Below, in pieces: positions 1 through 13,859 of a DNA stretch of 64,000 nt (the stretch's first letter is position 1; each line of letters starts with the position of its first letter). The position numbers and the translations under genes were made by a program. The DNA comes from Octopus vulgaris. Its lineage: Eukaryota. The notes under the pieces are model-generated. The model was not told where the DNA came from. It ran no database searches and saw only the letters and a program-made list of their open reading frames with translations. The stretch covers positions 36,766,001-36,830,000 of the forward strand of contig OX597814.1 in NCBI GenBank assembly GCA_951406725.2, given 5' to 3'.

Positions 1-229
1 TTTTCTTCTTCTTCTTCTTCTTCTTCTTCTTCTTCTTCTTCTTCTTCTTCTTCTTCTTCTTCTTCTTCTTCTCCTTCTTCTTCTTCTTCTTCTTCTTTTC
101 CTCCTTCTTCTTCTTCTTCTTCTTCTTCTTCTTCTTCTTCTTCTTCTTCTTCTTCTTCTTCTTCTTCTTCTTCTTCTTCTTCTTCTTCTTCTTCTTCTTC
201 TTCTTCTTCTTCTTCTTCTTCTTCTCTTT
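1..229. repeat. (TTC)n/(GAA)n microsatellite, runs off the window edge
   Basis: Near-perfect TTC triplets. On the minus strand it is in frame with the adjacent LINE ORF and reads as poly-Glu. Confidence 0.97.
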
Positions 230-1038
230 CTTCATGTTTATTAGGTGGTATGATTTCTTGTTTGTATTTGTCAGCTTCCTTAAATACTGAGAACAGTTTT
301 TTGTTTTGCTCGTGTTTTGCCGCTATTTGTATCAGTTTTCCTTCCTTCTGAAGTAGATACTTTTGCAGTCCTATGGTGGTTATTTTATAGTAGTTTTCCA
401 GCTGTATAAAGCCTCTACCACCTTCTATACGTTGTATATATAGTCTTTCTATGTCAGATTTTGGGTGATGCATCCTAGATCCTGTCATTATTTTTCTTGT
501 TTTCCTATCTATTTTGGTCAGTTCATTTAGTGTCCAGTTAAGGATATTGTAGCTGTAACTTATAACTGGGACAGCTAAAGTGTTAATACCTATTATCTTG
601 TTTTTAGCATTGAGCTCTGTTTTTAGTATTGATCTAACTCGTCTATAATATTCTTTTTTATTTTCTCTTTCATTTGTGTGTGTTGTGTCTTATCTAGTTC
701 ATGGATTCCTAAGTATTTGTAAGTTTGGCTTTGGTCTAATTCTTTTATTTCATTGGTTTTATCTAGTGTGATGTTGCTACTCTTAACTAGTTTTCCTCTT
801 TTCAGGGTTACTTTGGCGCATTTTTCTAATCCAAATTTCAAATCTATTTCTTTGGTAAATCCATGAACTGTCTTTAATAGTGTTTCCAGCTGTTTGTCAT
901 TTGCAGCGTATAGTTTTAGGTCATCCATATATAAAAGGTGGCTGATCGTTTTGCCGTAATATTTATATCCGCATCCAGTTCTATTTAGCATATCAGATGG
1001 AGGTGACAGTGCCAAGCAGAAAAGGAGTGGAGAGAGCG
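230..1038 (-). mobile_element. 5'-truncated R4/Dong-clade non-LTR retrotransposon, RT fragment (frameshifted)
   Basis: Minus-strand translation LSPLLFCLALSP..., ISHLLYMDDLKLYA, FGLEKCA, YKYLGI, then a frameshift near 655. The 5' junction abuts (TAA)n. Confidence 0.88.
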
Positions 1039-1055
1039 TATTATTATTATTATTA

Positions 1056-1100
<45 letters not shown>

Positions 1101-1101
<1 letters not shown>

Positions 1102-1340
1102 TTTTTTTTCTTCTTTCAAATTTACTTCCATTTCTTGCCGAGTGTCTTCCCGACTCCTAGGGCAAAGAAACTCATAGTATACATTGGTAGGCCATTAAAC
1201 CAAACTCAGTAGTTCGTTCATTTTTTTTTTTTTTTTAAAGTTAAAATACATGAGCAGCAACAGTTCTCACATCGACAATGCTCTTCTCAATACGTGTGAT
1301 GTACCAGTTAAGACAATCTTTTGCACTTCTTGCAGGGATG

Positions 1341-1342
<2 letters not shown>
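1101..1342 (-). mobile_element. 3' terminal fragment of an R4/Dong element (ORF end plus 3' UTR)
   Basis: Minus strand PSLQEVQKIVLTGTSHVLRRALSM* matches the QKxxLxGTxxILR C-terminus also seen at 37.1 kb. Flanked by (TAA)n at 1039-1100 and 1343-1383. Confidence 0.75.
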
Positions 1343-1384
<42 letters not shown>

Positions 1385-1500
1385 AAGCTACTACATGTTT
1401 TTTTAAGTAGGAGGGTTATTTACAAGCATAAGAAATCTCTTCAGATATCAAGAAAATTTCGTAGAACTCTTCCCTCCTCCTCCTCTTACACCCACTTCTT

Positions 1501-1669
1501 CATTTTCTTCTTCTTTTTCTTCTTCTTTTTCTTCTTCTTCTTCTTCTTCTTCTTCTTCTTCTTCTTCTTCTTCTACTTCTTCTTCTTCTTCTTCTTCTTA
1601 TTATTATTATTATTATATTTATTATTATTATTAGTAGTAGTATTAGTAGTAGTAGTAGTAGTAGCAGCA
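1501..1669. repeat. compound microsatellite (TTC)n-(TTA)n-(GTA)n
   Basis: Direct reading. Confidence 0.95.
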
Positions 1670-1991
1670 GTGGAGGCGCAATGGCCCAGTAGTTAGGGCA
1701 GCGGACTCACGGTCTGAAGATCGTGGTTTAGATTCCCAGACCGGGCGTTGTGTGTGTTTATTGAGCGAAAAAAACCTCAAAAGCTTTACGAGGCTTCGGC
1801 AGAGGGTGGTGGCGATTCCTGTTGTACTTTTACGCCCCAACTTTCTCTCACACTTTCTTCCTGTTTCTTGAGTAACGCTGCGATGAACTGGCCTCCCGTC
1901 CAACTGGGGGGAACACATACGTCACAGAAACCGGGAAACCGGACCCATGAGCCTGACTAGGCTTGAAAAGGGCGCATAAATAAATAAATAA
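1670..1991 (+). mobile_element. tRNA(Arg)-derived SINE (octopus OR-type), with CTGCGATGGACTGGC-type tail
   Basis: Head GGAGGCGCAATGGCCCAGTAGTTAGGGCAGCGGACTC with A/B-box-like motifs and a (TAAA)n tail. Homologous over its full length to 23148-23465. Confidence 0.85.
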
Positions 1992-3899
1992 GTAGTAGTA
2001 ATAATGGTAGTAGTGACAGCAGCAGCAGTAGTAGCAATAGTAGTAGTAGTAGGAGGAGGAGGAGGAAGAGGAGGAGGAAGGGGGAAATGCATGCAGTACA
2101 TACAGTATCTGCTGTTATATTGAGTTGCACAATATGCAGCGTTATATAAGAAGGTAGGTTTCATTGTTGTAAAGGTTTCACTAAATTTATTTCAAATAGA
2201 TACAACATTCTGTGAACATTGACCGATCAAAAAAATATTCAACGAGACAATCAAATTATCTTTTATGCCCATAGGTACGTTTCCAATTGCAGAGATTGGT
2301 AGTTGATAATATTTATAGTCTCAATTGTAAAATCTGTAATTAGAAGGAAGGAAAAAGAAACTGATGTAGCAGCAAATGTTGACTGTGTGTTATTAGATAC
2401 CTGGCCGTCAAATGAAATACCATGCAGCCTTTCATTTATCATCTTAGCTTCACTTGATGAACTTAATTGTATTCAGTGAGGCCATATTATAAATGAATTG
2501 TCCCGTTGTTTCTGTGTTAAACGTGTTTGATCGATGACTCATTTGTCTGCTATGTGCATTGCAGTAACCAATTGCCATTCGGAAATAATTTACAGTTACT
2601 AACTATGCAATTATTTAGATAACAGAATCAAGTTTCATCATTGCATATAATTGATTATGAACAATTGCTGTGTTACAAAGTTCAAATGTGAAATAGTGGC
2701 CCTTAAAAATCCACTGGATGACTATTTTCGAAAACGCACGTTTGGAACCAATGCACTTAATTAACTATTGTTTATATAGGTTTATTCTACATAAAGTGTA
2801 AATTATCCTCACCATGCTTTTGATTTTGATATTGATATTATTGTTGATATGAATGTTTTTGCTTTGTTCTTTTTTAATATTTTGATATTGATTTTGTTTT
2901 TGATTTTGATATTAGGTTAAAATAAAACTCTAAAATATATCAATATCTATAGTTTCTTCCATTAATTTTACGAAATTGTTCATCTTACTTTGAATATTAA
3001 GAATTTTTTCCTGATATTATTTCTGTTTCTGCTAGCATAAGCAATTTCAAAGCTGAAGAGTCGCAGAACCAGAAACAATTTCGACTGTTTTCTATAATTT
3101 CAATTTTTTACTCTCAACTTAAATTTCCTTTTTTTTCGTGAAATCTGTATCTGACAAATTCTCAAGCCCATTTCAGAAACTATGTATTTTCTGCACAATT
3201 ACTTTGTAATATGGTAGTATTTGATGTAGTCAGCACACAACATTTTCAGATGAAGGTAGTGCTTAATATTTTAAGCAGTAGCAAGTAGCTTTGTACTATT
3301 ATTGTGAAATTTTTATGCATTTAGTAATATTTTCTAGTAGTGCTAGCTATTAAGATAAGGTTGTTGCTCATCCGAGGAAAGCTCTAACCCATAGACCTGT
3401 GATCCAAGTCGCTGCAGATATGACAGTTATTTACAGAATGCTACCTTTGTTAAAAACAAAGTAAAGTTTCCCCCACTCGCTCTTATTAGACAAAGTGCAA
3501 ACTGTATGAAACATGTGCCAAAAGAATAATGCTACCTGTTTGTGATACAGGTAATGAATACAATGAAAATAAGATGAGGGGAAAAAGTAAATATGATTAG
3601 TTACAGATGAGAGATTACATTGCAGGGAAGAGAAATGCAGGTAAACTAAGAATTATGGAAAATGCTTAATATACAAACGTGCAGGAAAGAATCCCCCTGG
3701 AGTGCATTGGGCTGCAAAGAGTAGAAGTTTTCCATTGCAAGGTATTGATGAACGATTCTGGCTTTAAGAAAAAGAGGATATTCTGAATATTACTTTTATT
3801 ATATAGGAGAAAAAAAAAAGCTAACGTTGCAAAATGAAAATAAATGGAAGGACAATGTTGATAGAAATATGTTAATGAGAATATATAATGGTACATGCA

Positions 3900-4702
3900 C
3901 AAACGCCCATACGTATATGCATACATACAGGAATATATATGTATGTATGTGTGTGTGTGTGTGTGTGTATGAGTGTTTGTGTATATATATATATATATAT
4001 ACATATACGCAGCCACACGCGCGAGTGCGCACATACAAACACACACACGCACACACATGTATGAACATATATGTGTATATATATTTATATGTATGTAAAT
4101 ATGAAAAGTTTAAATATTCAGTTAGCCAGTTTTATGAATGTAAACACAGTTATTTTATTAAACAAATATTTAACATCGCTCCCAGTGGAAAAACAAAAAT
4201 TGGTAAATTTATGTACATCGTTGTGTGAATGTGTCTATAACCACTTCAACCGCACATTCACATATATACTTACATATATAGTTAAATGTATATATTTATT
4301 ATATACGTATACGCACATAAGCACGCACGCACGCACACACACTCACAGATAAACACAAACACACAGACACACACACAACAGTCAAACGTCATTTGAAAGA
4401 TCACTCAATTATTTTACATTGAAACCGTAACAGTTGACAGTAACTTCAAAATTTCCGATCGGTTCCATTTAAGAGGAAAATAACTAAGCCGAAACTGAAA
4501 AGTCACTGCCGGCTATGTCTTTAGTATGCTTGCATTAATGTACTTAAATAAATGGAAAAGATCTCTTGTCATATACATCTGGTTGTTATTTTGGAATATT
4601 GGTACTGATGATTAATTCATTTCGCATATTATAATTGCACCACTCAAAGTCAACTATTATATACTTACATTCATGCACCTACAGATAATATATATATATA
4701 TG

Positions 4703-4791
<89 letters not shown>

Positions 4792-4908
4792 ATTCCTAAG
4801 TATATGTATATGTACACATGTATATGTATATATATATATATATGTGTGTACATATATATATATATATACATGTATGCACACACATGCATGGATACACACA
4901 TATATACA

Positions 4909-4945
<37 letters not shown>

Positions 4946-5110
4946 GCACATGTATATATACATATATAATGTATTTTTATATATGCACACATATATATAG
5001 ATTTATATATATATATATACAAATATATATGTATATATATATGTCTTCCCACACATACATAACTATATCTATATCTATCGATCGATCTATCTATTTACGT
5101 ATATATATAC

Positions 5111-5198
<88 letters not shown>

Positions 5199-5200
5199 CA
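3900..5200. repeat. (TA)n/(CA)n/(TG)n microsatellite fields
   Basis: Direct reading; source of the YIYI/THTH ORFs. Confidence 0.9.
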
Positions 5201-6078
5201 TGCATTCATTCACGCAAATGACATATACGTCTTTTGTGTTTCTGTGTGTAGTTGGGTGAACTGTAATATGTAACGACATTCTCTACAGCCGCACTGATGC
5301 ACGCTGAGTAAATGATAGTATAACCCAGATTTCGTCACTATTTTAATTCATTTATCTTCTTCCAATTGTAGTCATTGGCTTGGAAAAAGTACAACTAGTA
5401 GTTTATTTCATACCACTAATCTATTCTTCAGTCCGAACCAAAATATTTAATAATTATATTACTTTGTCTTATATGTCTATATTAGTACACACACACACGC
5501 ACATACACACTCACACATACACACAGACACAATGTATCCTTGAAATAATATACCCAAATTTCATTAAGACACTGCATGTTTATCAATACTCTTGGCGTTG
5601 AAATCAATGTCAATTTCACTATCGACATTTTATGATATTACAATGATATTTCCACCATCTGCCACTATCTCACCGCCAGTGCACTTACAACTAATGAAAT
5701 TACTACCAGCATGCTAATAGTAGTAGCTACACCTCTATGGAACTAGGCTATGTTAGTACTACATATGTATTAGTGGAAATAATTAAGACAACTAATTGAT
5801 TGTTGTAAGGCTTTTGACGAGAAGAAAGCTCAATAGGAGTTGAACCGAGCTCATACAAAAAAACCCTCTCTATAATAAGTTGTACAACTACGAGCAAAAA
5901 TATTAGAATGGCTACCTGTAATAGCGCATATATCACAAAGAACAAGATCAGAGTCAAATTGGTGTGTCAGTGTTTACTAGCAAAACCGTGCTTTTGAGAT
6001 CAACCCACGAAATTAGCAGCATGAAGAATAGAGGAGAAAAGAAAAAGACATAGAAACTATAGAAAAATGGAAGAAATA

Positions 6079-7328
6079 CGAGGGACGTTCAATAAGTAAT
6101 GCCCCTGACCCACTTGCAATTGCTTGATCTAGCTGAAATTCTGCATTTGCAATTATTTATATCTCTATAGATTGAGTGGCGAATTACAGCTCTGAACTAA
6201 TTGTGAGTCAAGTGTGAAATGGAGCCTGTTGAGTGTCGAGCAGTGATCCGGTTTTTGTATTTGAAAGGACGCACACCACGGGAGACTTTTGATGAAATGA
6301 AAGTAACTAATGGTGATATTGCTTCATCATATGACCTTGTAAAACGCTGACATCGTGAATTAAAACATGGTCGGAACTCTGTGGAAACAGCTTCCAGATC
6401 TGGTCGCCTCCCAACTGCCATTGATGAGGCATCTGTCCATCAAGTTGAAGCTGCCATTTTGGAAGATCGACGCATAACTATTCGCCAAATAGCCCATAAG
6501 GTCAAGATTAGTACCGGGTCTGTGGAAACTATCATTCATGACCATTTGCATATGCAAAAGGTGTCTGCCAGATGGATTCCAAGGTTGCTCACGCCTTTCC
6601 AGAAGCAAGAACGCGTCGAGTGCTCGAGGATGAATTTGGAGATGTGCCAAAAAGATGAGTCAAAATTTTTTAAAAGACTGATTACACAGGATGAAACCTG
6701 GATCCATCACTATGATCTAGTGACCAAAGTCCAGTCAATGCAGTGGAAGCACCGTGACTCACCTCCTCCAAAGAAGGCAAGGGTGCAGCCCTCCGCTGGC
6801 AAGGTCATGCTCACAGTCTTCTGGGACCAGGACTGAGTAGTGATGACAGATTTCCTGGCAAATGTTACCATAATTACAGGAGCCTATTATGCTTCACTTT
6901 TGAGGAAATTAAGAGAAACTATCAAAATCAAGAGGTGGGGGAAGATCAGCAAAGGCACCCTCCTCCTGCAGGACGACGCTCCGGTCCACAACTCGCTTGT
7001 CGCCAGATCAGAAGCGCAGGTGTGCGGCTATGAACGCCTCCCCCATCCTCCTACTCTTCTGACCTTGCACCTCTTCCCAGCCATGAAGTTGTTTTTGAAA
7101 GGAAAGCGTTTCCCAGATGATGCAGCCTTGATTTCTGAAGTCACGTCGTGGCTGGAGGACCAAGCTGGGGTCTTCTAGAAAAACAGTCTCCAAGGCTGCC
7201 TCAAACGATGGGAGAAATGCGTAACTCTGCGTGGTTCCTATGTATAAAAAGACTAATAACTGTGCCAAGTTTCGTTGCTCTACTGCTATGGAAGTGGGTC
7301 AGGGGCATTACTTATTGAACGCCCCTCG
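6079..7328 (+). mobile_element. full-length mariner DNA transposon (about 1.25 kb), inactive
   Basis: 37-bp TIRs CGAGGG(A/G)CGTTCAATAAGTAATGCCCCTGACCCACTT with 1 mismatch; TA at 6077-6078 and 7329-7330. Confidence 0.95.
6219..7256 (+). pseudogene. mariner transposase pseudogene
   Basis: MEPVECRAVIRFL..., RSGR, WIPRLL, DETW, QDDAPVH, PHPP, RWEKCV. In-frame stops near 6348, 6834, 7176 and 7245; the YSPDLAP motif is damaged by indels. Confidence 0.92.
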
Positions 7329-7622
7329 TAAGATACGTCAAACCTATTATTTTCAGGTAAATTTAATAACATATTGCGCTGTGGAATTAAAAGGTAAATT
7401 TGTATCTAGTACTAATTTGACTTGCGTCTTTTTTGTTATAATATCTCTTTGAAATATATATTTGCGAAATAAAAAATCGTTTTGCTTACTATGTGTAGTT
7501 GGTTGTTTGATCAGTTCTAAAGAAGATGCCCTTCTACAAGACATCATCTTTCATACAAGTCTATTTTAATATATCACATATAATTACCTATATGAATCAG
7601 AATGGTTCCTAAATATATGTTA

Positions 7623-7702
<80 letters not shown>

Positions 7703-7879
7703 TTATATATATATATATAAATTAATTTTATGTATTGGCTCATGTTTTTCACTGTTTGATTTACCTAATAGTGGTTTTATCTCTAATTTAATATAATATA
7801 ATATATTTATACTATAAAATTGGATTTAATCCTAAATCTAATTTTTCCCTGTAAGTTTGGATTTATTCCCTAATATTAT

Positions 7880-7970
<91 letters not shown>

Positions 7971-7991
7971 AATACACACACACACACACAC

Positions 7992-8054
<63 letters not shown>

Positions 8055-10197
8055 ACATGGGTACGTATACATATATTTATATTTTGGCATGTATGAATCA
8101 ATCTAATTTACAACAAGAATCTGAATATGAAATTGTTTGAGGCATGTGTAACTGCAGAAGGTCTGAATACAATGCTTAAATCATTCAGACCTTTTGTTAT
8201 AGGCCATTGGTAATATATAATACGTATGCTAGAATTATTTTTATATATGGTAGAACACTTATGGATAGTAAAGTAGAAATGGAGACGCTGGAATTTGGTG
8301 CAGTATGCCTGCTGATGGTTCTGAAAAAGTGGGATCTTTGAAACGGTGTGATGAATCAGTGTGTCTGCCGTTTAGAGGTCATTGTATGTCAGCAGTTGAT
8401 TCCTTTCCAATTAGTGGCTAGGATTTGTATTTGATGTAGTCTGTTATGATTTTGTGCTTGTGTTTATCAGTCAAGCTATCTGAGATATAAAACCAATATT
8501 CTATTTGAAGGTTTCACCTAAGCTGTTGTTCGAGTCTGAAGCATTTTCTGTGCGTAAAGAGGAAAATTAGTTTTGGCGCACAGCCATTTCTATGCAATGC
8601 ATTCAATGAATTCGAGAAATACCAGTAATGGCCGATCTATTTTTCGATTTAAATCGTCAATCAACTCTAGCAAGTGACTGACACAAGCAGAGGAGTAGCT
8701 GAATTCCACATCGTAATAACAACATCACCACTGTGACCAAAATCATCAGTCACCCTTTCGTAAGCAATAATTGCAATACATGTGAGATCACGAGGAAAGA
8801 TCATTACTGATTGTAAGGCATGTAGATATCTGATAGTCACTATATATTGCCTATTCCAGTTAGACGTTATATTTCAATACCGAAAATCAAGCTATTACTT
8901 GTGCTTTGATTGAAACTTAACTGCGAGTTTAATGCTTTCCTTCGTTTTATGTTGGTATTCCTGAAATCGTTTATGCTGTAATTTTCAATGAAGATTTTCC
9001 CTCAGGATTATAGTTATCACTTCATAAACAATCTAACTGAGTTTAAATTAAAAGAAAATGGTAGAAAAGTAGATGAAATCATACTGATCATTGATAGTTT
9101 CCCTTGTAACAGCGATAACGCCTTCTTTATTGAAATATTTGATATATTTGATTAGAGTAACTGAGCATTCCGTATTTTTCTCCAACATTTCATGCTGACG
9201 TCGATGGTTCGTTAATATCGCTTTTCTCTGAGTGTCTTTTGATAATAAATACGTGAAGTTCCTAATGTTTGGCTAACAGAGCATTCACATCATAAATACA
9301 TATCCTTCTCATATTCTTGCATGGCAAACATTTAGTTTAGACAAATGCTACCTAACATTGGAAATAAGTAGACCTAGAAAGGCTAAAATATATTATTACA
9401 CGTACTGGTTGAGAGAAAACTAAACTCTGTTTCGCAGTGTGATTGTACCGATAAAAATAAACTGCATATGGTGTACATTCAATGCACCGCAATAACAAAT
9501 TAATATCATTTTAATTGCAATATACCAATAGTATTAAAAATTGGGATTATTGATTAAATTTTGTGATATTAAAAAGAATAACATGCTCACTAGAATGGAT
9601 ATATTTTCTTTATTTATTGTTGTTCCACGAAAAGATGATAATAAATATGGGATTTGCCAAGTGAGTCTTTCAACTAATTCTTATTGTTCACTATGATGAC
9701 GGTGGTAATGAGAATTATGATGACGAAGAAAATGATAGTCAGCTTAAAATTGGTGTTCGGTGATATAGTAGTGTTGATGATATTAGTAGTATTTTTAGAA
9801 CATTTTTGATAAGGAGTAAAAAAAAAAATCTATCGAATCAAATCATGTCATTCATCCATTTTGTCATTGATATAATCTGTACAACTAATGCAGTAAATTC
9901 GTGTTCATTAATGTATATCTTTATCTTTCCCATTTGATCAAAGGGTTTCTGAGAATATACAATAAAGAGGAAATGGAATAAGTACAAGTGTACTCACTCG
10001 TGTTACTTCATAGCAATTATCATCCCACAATGTGTTCACACTGTGGTCTATTTTGATATAATTGTCACGACTACACAAGCGTATTTTTCTTATGTGTATA
10101 TATTTTGATTTTTATTTAAGTAAATTGTGGGAGCTGCTTATAATGAGAGCGCTTTGTTAAGATTACTATTATGAAATATGTTTGTAGTCACGCTACG

Positions 10198-10324
<127 letters not shown>

Positions 10325-11632
10325 ATTGACATATATGTGATATATGTACTTCAAAACATAATCTAATTTGTTAATATTTATTGATGATTTATGAGCAGCC
10401 AAACGGAAAGACTTATTTGTGCAGAATAAATTTTGAATACACCTAATCTATACAATGTAATGAATGTTATTTATTTTTGAACTTTGCATGACCCATGGAA
10501 ACAACAGGGTATCCTCCAAGTATTATTTTAATTCCATAGAATTAACCACGTCTCTTCCAAATTACAATTCTATCGACAATGCTATCGCCTTGAAAAGCAA
10601 GGCACACATTAAACAAATAATCCTAAATACACAACGCCTGTGGAAGAGAGTGACGGAGACGATTATATGCCATGGAAGCTCCAATGAGTGCGAGTCTGTT
10701 TTGTCAGAGTCAGTGTATGATTAACGAGTAACTGCATCTATTTTAAATAATTTGGTTTCTATAGTTAAAGCTTTTTCCTGTTTCTTAATGTCTTACCACA
10801 TTTAGTTTCACCTGTTGAGATCCCCGATTCAGATCGCACCATAGATCATATTAACTTCCTTCAATTTGCCAATAAAATGTAATCATAATTTAGCACAAAA
10901 GACGATTGAGGTATTTGAGATGATAAAAAATATCATCGTTTATTTTTAATTTGAGCAATTGATTTTTACGATAAATTTAATTCAGGAGGGTGGAATAAAA
11001 TTAGGATAATTACTTAATAATCCTGAGAGAGATGAACTGCAAATTGCACGTTAATGGGATGTGAAATAAAAGTTTTATGAATTACTGGATAGCTTTCTAA
11101 CTGATATTAGGGTTTTTAATTCGACTATACCCAAATGGCCAAACATGCATCATGAACCACACTATTGATTGCGATAACAGAAAAAACGCCCAGGTGTGAT
11201 CACTAGGTGTGACCGTTTCTCTAACACGCAAAGTGGTACTTGTATCATTCCTGCTGGGACTAGCATATGGCTAAGGAATGACAATATCTTCAGAAAGAGG
11301 TAAACGGAAACTGATGAGCATAATTCCGAGGAATTATCAAAATAGGTGCGAGCTGTTATGTGACTTCAAAAAGCGTCATAGCAACGGGAATTTGTAAAGA
11401 AATACGGGAGATATTGATACAGCGATCAGTTTAGTGAGTATGTTAGTGATGTCACTGATGAAGAGAAGAGTGTTAAAGAGAATACATTTTAAATAATCAC
11501 ACATATACTAGTTTTAGAGAAACGTTAGAATTTAGGGTAGTGACTGGACATCTGATGTGCAGTCTCTACCCTAAATTCTAGAGTTAGAGATGAGATGATA
11601 GGTGTGTGTATGTGTATGTGTATATGTGTGTG

Positions 11633-11637
<5 letters not shown>

Positions 11638-11703
<66 letters not shown>
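11638..11703. repeat. (GA)n microsatellite
   Basis: Direct reading. Confidence 0.95.
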
Positions 11704-11710
<7 letters not shown>

Positions 11711-12510
11711 AGGAAGAAAGATAGTGATCTTTCGGCTGTTTTTCTCCCCTCAAAACATTTTTGCTGATCAAAGGTCACCGTCTACAATTTCCTCCACAAG
11801 TTGACTACAATCACGATCCAGTCTTCTTCGAGTGGAAAGCCAGTTTTCATTTATAGTTTTCTAGATTGGATTAAAATGTTCATTCATTCGTTTTTTTTTT
11901 TGTGTTCTGATCTCAATTCTATTTTCAGTATGTTTTTCTTCGTGTTTAAATTAATTTCAAATTTGTTATTGCTTTTTCCTACATATTTTACAGAGATCAT
12001 GTCTAGTTACCCTTCCTTTCTATACTTCAGGTAGTTAACAGCTTTTCGCCTACGTACAAACAGGCAAATACACACGCAGGTATTTGCGACAGTCTAGTGA
12101 AGCACTGCAGGTCAGGTAAAAATATTATCATTTCGAATATCAGACAGGATTCATCTCATAAAGCTACTACTCATAATCTGTTCAGTGCTTTGAAATATAA
12201 TTAATTAAAACAAGTCTGGTGTTTTGAATTTATTCGAGGAAGCAGTTAAAAGGCTTCTGTACAATTCTACACCAACCCCGCAAAGCTGTCTCTCTATGCA
12301 CAATTGTTGTTGAGTTGCTTCCAAATCATACTGATATTGGGCGTTGTAGACAGAGACGTAGCCATAATTGTAAATATGATGAGATCCAAACGCAACCACT
12401 TCACCGATAGTAACTTATACTTAATCTATAATCGTTAGCATTTCGTTGGTAGGAAATTTTAATAGAGGACGGGTGCTTGGCAGCGGATTTGAAATTGCTT
12501 AAATAGGAGA

Positions 12511-12892
12511 GGAGGAAGCACTCCGTCGGTTACGACGATGAGGGTTCCGGTTGTTCCGATCAACGGAACAGCCTGCTCGTGAAATTAACGTGTAAGTGGC
12601 TGAGCACTCCACAGACACGTGTACCCTTACCGTAGTTCTCGGGGATATTCAGCGTGACACAGAGAGTGACAAGGCCGGCCCTTTGAAATACAGGTACAAC
12701 AGAAACAGGAAGTAAGAGTGAGAGAAAGTTGTGGTGAAAGAGTACAGCAGGGATCACCACCACCCCCTGCCGGAGCCTAGTGGACCTTTTAGGTGTTTTC
12801 GCTCAATAAACACTTACAACGCCCGATCTGAGAATCGAAACCGCGATCCTACGACCGCGAGTCCGCTGCCCTAACCACTGGGCCATTGCGCC
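12511..12892 (-). mobile_element. tRNA(Arg)-derived SINE with an alternative 3' tail
   Basis: Minus-strand head GGCGCAATGGCCCAGTGGTTAGGGCAGCGGACTCGCGGTCGTAGGATCGCGGTTTCGATTC; 11-bp TSD TAAATAGGAGA (12500-12510, 12893-12903). Confidence 0.92.
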
Positions 12893-13068
12893 TAAATAGG
12901 AGAAGACAGTACCGAAATACCCAGTCCCTTCCTATCACCTTTCTTGATATAAAGACCAAACTCGGTTGGTCTTTATGGAGAGACGTATAAGTACCATCAT
13001 CTGTCGATAGCTGCTCACGTGAATATCACTCGAAGAAACAATTATATATAATATAAAAGTTGAAGTAT

Positions 13069-13224
13069 GCAGGAGTGGCTGTGTAGTAAGTAGCTTGCTT
13101 ACGAACCACATAGTTCCGGGTTCAGTCCCACTTCGTGGCAACTTGGGCAATTGTCCTCGGGCCGACCAAAGACTTGTAAGTGAACTTGATAGACGGAAAC
13201 GGAAAGAAGACCGTCGTATATATG

Positions 13225-13273
<49 letters not shown>

Positions 13274-13512
13274 TACATATCTGTATGTGTGTGTATGCGT
13301 TTGTGTGTCTGTGTTTATCCCCCACAACATCACTTGACAACAGATACTGGTGTGTTTACATCCCCGTAACTTAGCGGTTCGGCAAAAGAGACCGATAGAA
13401 TAGGTACTAGGCTTCTTAAATAATAAGTCCTGGTGTCGATTTGTACGACTAAAAGGCGGTGCTCCAGCATGGCCACAGTCAAAGGACTGAAACAAATAAA
13501 AGAGTAAAAGAG
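13069..13512 (+). mobile_element. tRNA-derived SINE with an internal (TA)n/(TG)n microsatellite
   Basis: Head GCAGGAGTGGCTGTGTAGTAAG...GGGTTCAGTCCCAC, internal TA tract, tail ...CCAGCATGGCCACAGTC...TGAAAC. Related pieces at about 26975, 54275 and 63150. Confidence 0.82.
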
Positions 13513-13542
13513 AGTAAAGAGAATAATGAATTTGGATGTATA

Positions 13543-13830
13543 TTGTGCTCTAATCAATAAGTATGCAGACTGTTGCATTAGTATCGAAGGTAAAGCACGC
13601 AGAGTAATGCCGCTTGGTACGGATTGAACTTGAACTCTGCTGTGCATGCGCACTAAGCCTTAACATTCTAGGTCAATTCCGCTGTTTATAAGAGTGCTTG
13701 AAAGGAAGGTGTGTAGCGTGTGATAGTTGCATTGATCATGCCAGAGAAAAGTGAGCAGGGATTCCGCATCAAATTTTGTCAAAAGCTTGGCGATTCCTGC
13801 TCAGATGCCTATGCAAAGTTTTCAAAAGTT
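13543..13830 (+). mobile_element. mariner 5' end relic
   Basis: Degenerate TIR (TAATCAATAAGTATGCAGACTG) and N-terminus MPEKSEQGFRIKFCQKLG; inverted homolog of about 14500-14737. Confidence 0.7.
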
Positions 13831-13859
13831 TTTATTGTTCTTCACACAACCAAGGAAAA

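Noticed and set aside
3666-5279. Many ORFs rich in YI/TH/CV (also at 15-18, 26, 28, 37.6, 48, 54.5 and 61 kb)
   Set aside because: Translations of (TA)n/(CA)n microsatellites, which lack stop codons.
8158-8193. 11-bp inverted repeat AAGGTCTGAAT
   Set aside because: Short enough to arise by chance in 64 kb of AT-rich DNA, with no supporting context.
8700-8765. VTKIISHPF followed by GTAAGC, resembling a serine-protease exon
   Set aside because: In-frame TGA just upstream with no usable acceptor after it, and no other protease exons seen.
11305-11340. CTGATGAG, a possible hammerhead core
   Set aside because: No stem II closing onto GAAA and no NUH or stem I.
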